60,000 bases of DNA from Lytechinus pictus (lineage: Eukaryota). A model generated the notes under the pieces. That model was not told where the DNA came from. It ran no database searches and saw only the letters and a list, made by a program, of their open reading frames with translations. This document shows, in pieces, positions 50,801-60,000 of the stretch. Where the stretch lies: assembly GCF_037042905.1 (NCBI RefSeq), contig NC_087251.1:32490001-32550000 (forward strand), in the 5' to 3' direction. Positions within the stretch are counted from its first letter, which is position 1. Each line of letters begins with the position of its first letter. The position numbers and the translations under genes are program-made.

Positions 50801-53800
50801 ATTTTGCGAAAATGCACACAAATTCATAACTTGATAGACTCTGGGGGATGATGTCGATATAAAAATCGCATCGACCTCGATATGCAAGCATGTTTGATAC
50901 TGCGTCGGACTTGACAACCCGCAAAATCTTTTCCAAAATTAGATGAAGGCCATCCATTCTCATTCTTTTTAATCTAAATATAATCTATGTATTTCAGGAT
51001 CATGATATGAAAACCTTTTATAACAAACATGATAAAGGAAAAACGCGTCTCAAGTTATACATGGTTCATTGCCGCAAAATATACCAATCATCTTCATTTG
51101 TTATCACTTAATCATCAACATTATCACTGATATTATTATTCGTATTATCATGTCCGTTAATATCACTTCAAAGTTATAATTATCATTATATCATCATCAC
51201 TGTTATCATCATCACCATCATCATTCATTCAGTATCTATTTCCAATCGTTCTCCAATATCAATTTTATATTTTATATAATTAAGAATATATGAAAGGTAA
51301 TAGTAATGATAATGGTGATGCTGGTAATCATGAACATTAGATCCGTTTTGTGAGATAATTTATGCGATTTTACACGCTAATCGCTACTCGATGATGGTGA
51401 AAGAAAGAAGTCGGGACGGTAGTTACTGTATACACGTACTTTATTACACTATAGTACAAAAGATTCCCCATCGGACGGGCCAACGGTCTTTTGAAATAGG
51501 TTTATCTATTGAAATTATGACAATAATCACGACAGCGGATATGGGGAACTATTCTCTGAGCGCCTCTCCCATTCATTGTTGTCTGTGGCGAACCCGCTGA
51601 GCATGCCATTGTCAATGATTCTCTACACGGGTGAGTGATCTTGCTTTTTCATGATCATAGGCCTGGGCAATGACTAAGAACAGTTCGATGAGTATCAATG
51701 CCAAGTAATCCTGAAAGGTCAATAATGTTAAATTCTCTTGCTGGAGAAGACTATATCATGGCCCTATTTGCTTTTGCTGTAGGCCAGTTGTGTACAACCT
51801 GATATAGATGATAAATAATAATTATCTTTCATCTATTTTAGAGTAATGATCTAATGTTAATATCATTCTACATAATCACCCTGAAGCTTACGGCCCCATA
51901 TCTTCACCCGTGAAGTATTGAAATTTGAAGTTTAAATTATTGAACATCATGGCATCCTAATATTGTACTGATTTTTACCATCACTGCAATATAGATAAAA
52001 ACATAGAGTTAATTCTACTCACATTGATTTTACTTTAGAACAAATTCAACCCCACCCCCTTCCCTTCCCGCTACAACCTTTCTTTCATTCCCTTTCATTA
52101 TTTCCTTACAAAAAATGATCCTAATTTCAATAACTATGATAATGACATAGATGATTTGCTGTTGACGATAATGATGCTGCTGATGATAGTGATGATAATC
52201 AAAACTGATGATGATGATGGTGGTGGTGGCGGTGATGGTGAATGTGGTAGTGGTAGCCTTGGTGATTATGACAAATAAAAATACTGAAAGTTACGAAAGT
52301 CACACATTCAATGAATAATACCTAGAAACATACTTTTAGATGAAATAAAAATCACACACAATTTGGTGCAACTTGTAAGCCTCCCATTTAGTTTATTCTT
52401 ATTTTTTTAACTGAATTGTGTCCGCTTATATTCCTTCTTGATGATGATTTAAAGCTTTTAAGTTTATAATTATATTGGTAAATCCCGGTCAGAAAAGTTC
52501 ATGTCACCATTCCATTCCTGAGTACTATATAATATCAAGGAGATGATATCTCCTTGATTATATGAGCATGGCCCTAAAGTGATTGTGATGTGATAGGTAT
52601 GAAATCAAATGTGTTTTATTGGAAAATTTAGCCCTTTTCACACATTCTTTTTTTTCCAGCGATTTGGCGACCGATCAAAATGTCTGTGTATTTTGAATTG
52701 GAAACCATCTATCGGGACAGACTTCAAGATGTAGGTCTGAATAACATTGCAACATACTTCGTTTGGTGTTCAAAAGGTTATTTCTAAAATAGAACATCAT
52801 CGAGAAATTGTGCTTGATTCATGACATCTGAAGAAAAAAATCCGATGACCACTGCACTTTTGTAAACATTTTAAAATGCTTGTTAATACTCGACAAAATT
52901 CAAAAGACAAAATTACGTATTATTTACCAAAGTTAATCGAAGAGTTTTAACATGACAATTAGAACAATAAATTAAACACTACCCATGCAGAGAACGATCG
53001 AGATGAGAATAAAAACTTGATCAGATGATGTAATATACTGATAAGCTTTTTCTTTATCTTCCTTTTTCCTCTTCGTATTCTTCCTCATCTCTCATTATTA
53101 TTCTCATCCCTTTTTACTGCTCCCCCATTCTACATGTACGTCTGCTTCTCCTTGGTAATTCTTCTTCTCCTTCTCCTTCTCCCACCTCACCGATTTATGA
53201 AGATAAAATTATAATGAAATAATAAAAATGTTTATGAAGATAATACTTATAATAGAGAAATGAAGATGATTGCGATTGTAACAGCGGTGATGACGATATC
53301 GATAATTATGAGAGGTCATAGTATAGACCATGTACAGCACAAAGTATCAGACGCAATTTCAAATATGATTACATGACGATTTCGATACGAAATATTAATC
53401 ATAAATCTAGATCTAGTACATTAATATACACTTATTTTTGTAGAATAATGAAATCGCCGCTCAATATCGATAATTCTGATGATGACTAAAACAGAAAAGC
53501 ATACGTGGGACAGTGTATTATAATATTGCCTCGAAAAATACCTGACACTTGATGGAATTCCGTGCTTATATCGCTCATTTCTCAGCACGATTTTCTTTCA
53601 CAGGGCTATTTGGCAAATATTTTTCATTTATACAAACAAACACTCCGTTGGTAAATTTCATTGGATTCTGATCGAACTAATTTTCAGATCGTTACAACAT
53701 TTGGTATTCATCTTCAATTCCGAACATTACGTTTAATACGTTAAACCAATTAAATGAAGTTACATACTTTAGTCTGTTATAAGTTGTTTATATGTACTCT

Positions 53801-56800
53801 CATACCCCGAGAGGGGATCGATGGGGTAAATAAAATGTAAATCTAAATCAGGGGCGGATCCAGCCTCCGCCACTGCATGTCTTCCCCTCTGTTCCCCTTT
53901 CACTCTTTCCCTTTTTCCCCTTTATTTCTCCCCCCCCATCGTCCACCAGATCTCTCTTCTTCTTTCCCCTTATTTTCTGTCTCTATCCATTTCCATATTC
54001 CAATTTGTCCCCCCTCTCCCGTTGATTCGATCCTAAATTTCTCCCCCTCTCAAATTTCCAATTTTTTTTCCTCTTTCAACTGTTTTTCCTCCATATTTTT
54101 TCACCCTTCCTCTTCCTCCATCCCAATGTTTTTTTCTTATTTTCTCTCTGTTTCCCCTTCCTTTTCTCTCCCTATCCTTAGTTTTCTTCTTCCTCGTTTC
54201 ATCTTCTCTTTTGGTCCCGCTTCTTTAAAACAAGGAGATAAAGAAAATTAAGAGACAATAATTATGTTATCCTGGGGAAATGGTTGCCCGTCCAAAAATT
54301 GAACAAACTATTTTTTAACAGTTTCTAATAAATCTTTGATCTATCTATGCCTTATAGTGCCAAGCTGTTCCGGTCATATTCATTTCATCTTTCCATTTCC
54401 TTCGCTTTATTTATTATTATTTTTTTTTTTTTTTTTGGGGGGGGGGGGCTCCCGACACAGATGCGAGTAATAATAAATATTCCAAGTTGACGTGAATTGT
54501 ACGAATGGCTTGGGCCTACGAAACGAAAATGTGTGGAATCTTATTTTCCCACCTAAAACATCATGAATTGACCCTCTTCCAATGCGAAAAAGGAGGTTTT
54601 CATGGTTATTGCAGCAAATTCGAAAGATCAGTAACGATTTATGACACGTGCGTGATTTTTGATTAAGCTACTGTGGCTTTATGAGTGCACCCGAACTTCC
54701 ATTATAGATGCGAACCGTAGTTCAGAACAGTCACCCGAACTCTCCGATCCGACAATAAATATGAAGGCACGCCTTTGTTTTGGTCGTAGAGGGAGCTATT
54801 TAGAATAGATTCTCCGGTTTTTCGACAGAAATTAAGACTTGCAGGAAAGACGAACAAAAGAACGGTGGCATCAATGGGCCTTTGATGGCGGCCGTTCCTT
54901 TGAAGAGAAGGGAACGTTGGGCAGGAAAGCCGAAGCGAAAACCCGGATGCAGTAAAGACGGTATAGAACGGTGCATGGACTTTTGACAAGCTCCCTAAGC
55001 AAAGGTCAATATGGAGTGAGCCAAGCTTGAGGAAAAAATAACAAAATTCGCTATTCTTGTTGCGACGAGACGGAAAGGGTTATAGGTTTTAGAGTGAAAA
55101 AAGCAGAGGTCCCTGGATATGTTGTACGGGGAGTCTGTTCGGATATTCATATGCAAAAACAAATCAAACCGTTGTGGTTTCCGTGGCGTCACTGGCCAAA
55201 CATTGACAATATTTAGAATTTCGAATGTGTGATTGGTGTTTCATTATCATCAATAGGGCCTATACAGTGTGTTTTATCGTCTACCCCTATCGCATACTCA
55301 ACCTCGTATCCTCGTCAACGACATAGTTATATACTAGTAGCTGGAAGCAGAAGGTCCTTGTGATCTTTTTTTCTGTAGCATGGGCGACCATCTCGGGTGA
55401 AGGGGAGGAGGACAGGGGTAATGTGTGAATGTGTGCCCCTTCGAATTTCGATTTTTTTTTTTCGTGTGTGTGCAGCAGCCAAAGAGAGGGGTCGTCTCCA
55501 CCCCCCCTCCCACACACACCACCAAAGGGAGTGGGGCAAAAACCTCACGAAATTTATTTCGTCACACTTTCATCTTTCTAAATTACATTTCCTCAAAAAT
55601 AAAAGAAAAAATAACCCAACTTAAAAGAAACATTTCTCCTCATCTACTTGTAATCAATCACCAGTCTACTCTAAGTAGGCCTATCTCCGAAAAATGAATT
55701 TTGATAATAATCTCTCAGAAACTGTTCTTTTGTCTGAACTAGCAGTTGTCCTAACATTTTCTATCATGTGCGATTCTATACTCTACATAATATGACGATC
55801 TGTCTTATTCCTAAAGAGGGGGTTTGATTTCCATGCTTTCGGATTCAATGGGATGTGAGACTGAAAGGAGACGTATCACACCAGCTACTATACATCTATA
55901 GTTCAATGCAAGGGCGGTATTACACGAGGGGCGACCAACCGATGGACTTTTCAAGTAGTGAAAAAAAAAGTAGAGAGAAAAGGTCAGGAGAAACAAAGAA
56001 CAAAACTAGGAATTAAAAAAGAAGAATGAAAAGCATAATAAAAGAGATACATTGATCGTGTAACTCCATTACCATTGCAATTCAATTTAGACAATTAGGA
56101 CGTCCTGCACACACACTATCAAAACTCACTGCCCCCCCCCCCCCTGCTTGAATATGTAGAGTGTAGAGATGCCCAGTTGCATAATGATGATATCTTTTTT
56201 TGCAGCACAGAGCAATGTTTTCGAACACACACCAAAAAAAAGTTTGCAAAGTCCTTGAAATAACCATCCGAAGTTCTTAACATGATTCGGCTGTATGAAT
56301 ATAGCTTAACCTATTCAAGTCACCAATTTCAGGATTATAATCAGCGTGGAAAAAGCCATCACTGGGCTTCTGCTAACTGTCAGCATTTAGTCTCTTTTTC
56401 GATAATTATTACGTTTTATGATGCTCCACCCAGTGAAGATCTTCGGTCAATGAAGAGTGAACAATCTGTATCCTTCACCTATCAATCGGTCAAGGGGAGG
56501 GAGGCAGTGCCGGTACTAAGGATGAGGGTAAGGTGTAGGGGCGTTTACTTTACCCCGGCTCTAGCATGTCTAGTCAGAACTTTTGCAAGATGTCAATGGG
56601 AATCAGGGTCCTCGATTTGAAGGATAAACACAGTGTGCAACACAGGGTCTTTGTTTTTAGGAGTAGCAGAGTAGCAGCTTATGAGGATCTTTCCACTGAT
56701 ACCACAGAGAAAACAACTATAACCACAGTATACTACAGTCCAAAAGCATAGATGTAGCATGTATTCAGCGTGGTTTGGTGGCTCATGTCATTGATAATTG

Positions 56801-59524
56801 TGACTCATCATACGCAATACGGTTTTAGGCCGTAAAATGGATGCAGTACATTTATGTTCATTGATTTAATGTTTATTTTCTTCCATGCAGATATCTTTCA
56901 TATTAAGAGTGAGTTCTATGATTTTCCTACAATGCTGTCCATTTATTAAATGGTTTTAAATAAGTATATAGACCCTACATTGTCCATCTACCAAGGCTAT
57001 AGACAATGCATAAAGTCAATAACACATGGTTAAACAAAGCAAGACTATACTACGAGAATAAACTATATATCACTAACCCGGTCACTAAGTTATCATCTTC
57101 AGAAGATTGTGGATCAACCTTAAACATGTCAAGGTTCTTGTGCTAAAGCTATTGTTTTGAATATATATACCCTTAATCCTTGTAGATTAAGACACCCCTT
57201 GATTGAGTTGTTCAGTCTGAGGGGTAGGGCACGACTCCCACGCACAAAGTATTACCCCCGACAAGACCATGTTGTATTTTTTCTAAATCAATTACCTGGA
57301 TATTCCACCCGGGGCTGTTTCATAAACTGTTTGTATAAGTTACGAAAGACTTTACGAGCGATCCTTTACTGGTGATCCTTTCTTTGGAATTTCGTAAACA
57401 CCAATGTCAATCTGGTGTATACCATTTACCATAAGAAAGGGTTACCATTCGTTCGTATATAGTCGCTCGTAAGTTAGGAACAGCTTTATGAAACACAGCC
57501 AGTACTGTATTCATGGCCAGCTATTATCTCGTTAAAACCATTCCAAGAAGAAAGTTTCAATGTATTCATATGAAAGGGGGCACACTGGCCTACAGATGGG
57601 GGAGGGGGGTGCTTGGGTTCTTTCTTCTTTCAGGCCTATAAGTTCTTCCTGATTATCCCGCATTCGTTATTAACTAGCCATCATCATGTACTCGGCCACA
57701 TTTTATGCATAGAATGATGTAGCTGTTGAGAAAAAGAATAATATTATATTTTTTGTATAGTTTGTTTGTTTTTAATTCGTGTATATTTGCGTGTTCGAGC
57801 TACATTTAATATCTCCACTCCAATGCTAAGACCAACAACGAATTTGTAATCGGAATATGAGCCTTAATTCTTCTTTTGGTTAGTTAAAACAAAATGTTTT
57901 TCAATAAATCCATGAAAGTGATTTGACAATTCAATATAAGCAACGAAGCAAAAAAAAAATCCGATCTGAATCTACATGTATATCTTTTACCAAATACGTC
58001 GTTCATATATACCGAAAATAGGTGAATCACCATGGCAACATCCATAACAAACAGAACTGAAGACGGAGAGATACCCACACCTTTGATACTTTGAATGCCA
58101 GTCTGGCGCCAAGAAGGAAAGGCTACTTGCAGGAATTATATCCGATTTGATTGCCATTGTGGCTGGAATAACCGAGAAAAGCTTCATCATCATGACCAGT
58201 GACTCAATAAAAGGGAAAATAAACATATAATTTCTGTCAATATAAAGGCGACGGTTGTTGACCCGTACATGTATAATCATGATTGCCCTAGTTTTCGAAA
58301 CTTTCAAAACTTTCATTACTTTTTCTTGAATATAAAACACAACTCAGGGTTACGATAGAGTTTATTATACTAGTATATATATGATGAACGGTTGTTGGGG
58401 TTTTCTTCGAAAATTTAATCAAGGATAACGATTTAATCAATATAAATGAATATTAGCATCAACGCATGTAATGCGTTTTAAGAGAGGTATCGAGTATAGA
58501 TCCATAATTAAAAACAGCCAATAAATCCCGGTGACTTGTATCTAAAAATCCGCCTGTAGCAAAGTCTCACTTGACGCTGAGACCCATGAACCAGGTTCGC
58601 CTGACCACCTGGTCGTGGAAATGCTAGATTTCCGATCGGATGGCTAGTCAAGCTTCTGGAAAAGAGCGTGACATCAACAGGCAACATGTTGCAGACGACA
58701 ACATCATCAACTTTCGCTAACGCCCCTTGCCTTTTCCCCCACCTAGTCCCAGTCTATGTTGATTGAAGAGAAGGGTGAGTGATAGCGAAAACGGATGCCC
58801 AAAATGTCGCGCCGGCGAGTATTCCGGCAGAACGCATAAATTACGGGCGCGATGTTTGTCCCAAATGACCAAGTAAAAATGGCGCGAAAGGGTTTAGCTT
58901 TTGATCAGAGGGGTAACAGAAAAGGTGAGAGGAAATGAGTCTTAGAATAATTGTTCTATTAATTCTAGTTGTCATCCTGATTACTAATGCTCTCCGGTGT
59001 TTCACAATACTCCACCCGCTCCACAAAGGAATTGGTGTCTGACTTTTGTATGTGACTCTATGTCTGCCATACCCGCCCTTTCGTATTACAATATTTTAAT
59101 TGTCTTTCTCTCGGTTTGCTGTTGTTTTTATTTTGTTTCGTTTGTTTTGCTTGAATTTATACCAGCAATCTGACTAGCATGTGAAACATGTTCAGAGAAT
59201 TTGCAGCTGACGTTCCCAGCCCTTTTCATATTAATACGAAAATGCAATATATTCTTTCAAAGGACAGTGCCATTGCCAATTTTGTATCCCCCGCCAGACC
59301 TCTTCTGGGGAATGATGCAATAAATAACTTATTTCTTTACCATCATTGCTTCCGATTCGTTGGTTGCATTCTGCATGAGTCCATGGACCAGATCTGGGTG
59401 ATTGCAGTGTGGTGATGGGTATAGGAGGGCCCAGAAGTCCAGGTCTATATCAAGTTTATGAAGTTCCAGGAACCACATGCAGGGGATAACTGAAATGAGG
59501 TAGATGAGAACGCTAGGACAGAAC
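40749..59524 (-). CDS. TMEM26: TMEM26-like multi-pass membrane protein, partial (5' end outside the window)
   Basis: Exon 59524-59341 (FCPSVLIYLISVIPCMWFLELH) joins in phase 0 to exon 41840-40749 (HQSLLLLLVLERFLLP, AADILEF, WSWSLLQY, FLQDGPFLVMR, FFAGKN). These are TMEM26-family signature motifs. Confidence 0.85.
43109..43304. mobile_element. Near-perfect palindromic MITE (CACTC ends, TA flanks)
   Basis: 84-bp perfect inverted arms 43109-43192 / 43221-43304. Confidence 0.85.
46945..47106. mobile_element. Palindromic MITE (Harbinger-like, TWA flanks)
   Basis: ctcggtcacatttgctctccggcggccgtacggcgagtcgaaaacag and its near-perfect reverse complement. Confidence 0.8.
48815..50177. mobile_element. 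hAT-like non-autonomous element related to 14926-16344 (opposite orientation)
   Basis: caggggcggaaccag start, cccctggatcc end, internal gcgagcgcgaagcgcgagctgaaa repeats; no intact TSD. Confidence 0.7.
50177..50420 (+). mobile_element. LINE (CR1/L2-clade) ORF2 C-terminal and 3' remnant
   Basis: Translates QLWNNLPKSIKQADSREKFKSVLKLFLL, matching the WNxLP...FK..LK terminal motif of CR1/L2 ORF2. Confidence 0.7.
52135..52270. repeat. Degenerate (GAT/GGT)n microsatellite
   Basis: Directly visible. Confidence 0.75.
53875..54225. repeat. Polypyrimidine low-complexity tract following a hAT-like end (caggggcggatccag, 53849)
   Basis: Almost entirely C/T. Confidence 0.75.
57311..57500. mobile_element. 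Palindromic MITE, copy 3
   Basis: Diverged copy of the same TIRs. Confidence 0.75.
59341..59524 (-). CDS. TMEM26: TMEM26-like internal exon
   Basis: ctctctttcag acceptor, ATG|gtaaag donor, 184 nt; matches the TMEM26 W-F-x-P...YLIS.VP..W.LELH motif. Confidence 0.88.
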
Positions 59525-60000
59525 CTGAAAGAGAGAGTAAGATGAAACAGAAATGAATATCAGCGATGGATATCCGTGATGACACACGAGAAACTTGTTT
59601 ACATTAATGCAATATATTGATATGCATACAATAGCTTTGCATGTTTATGCTTATGTTAGGCCTACATCAAGTATATACTGAAATGCACAATATATCTCGC
59701 ATGTCCATGTAATTGTTTTTCTTTAAGCCTAAATATCAAAACTTCAAATTGAGTCTAATTAATACATGTAATGCTATTTCAACACAGTCTCTTGTCGCGC
59801 GGAGCGCATCGATTTTTTAAAAATATTTTCCCCATGCATTGCCCCACCCCCCCCCCATCCGAAACATTGATCGACGCCCCTGATAATTTGAACAGAGTAA
59901 TCTCGTCACTAAACATTTTACGTATTTCACTTCCATTTTTGGGATAGCTAAGGTATCAATGTGAGGTGTATATTGAATATCAACTCTAGATTTTCAGGTC

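Noticed and set aside
53877..54251. 124-aa F/S/P-rich ORF
   Set aside because: Product of a polypyrimidine low-complexity tract.

Overview
AT-rich animal genomic DNA. The repeat families and intron-rich genes suggest a sea urchin or related invertebrate deuterostome (inference). Three protein-coding genes were reconstructed by hand from GT-AG splice sites with consistent phases. (1) CPPED1 (calcineurin-like metallophosphoesterase) on the minus strand: 6 coding exons, 12711->4775, 303 aa. (2) EXO1 (exonuclease 1, XPG/Rad2 family) on the plus strand: 14-15 coding exons, 20843->36223 or 37692, about 1045 aa, head-to-head with CPPED1. (3) A TMEM26-like gene on the minus strand, convergent with EXO1: terminal exon 41840->40749 and an internal exon 59524->59341 across an apparent 17.5-kb intron; the start lies beyond the window. 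The rest is introns and spacer rich in non-autonomous mobile elements, often nested: hAT-like (8-bp TSD), TTAA-flanked Kolobok/piggyBac-like, CACTA-like and Harbinger-like palindromic MITEs, tRNA-derived SINEs, a Helentron/HINE-like element with internal tandem repeats, LINE tails, and two Penelope-type remnants with minimal hammerhead-ribozyme motifs. I do not see a clearly novel biological system. The most interesting leads are the hammerhead motifs, a possible alternative EXO1 C-terminus, the nested transposon stack between the two promoters, and a strong excess of TA-NNNN-TA palindromes.
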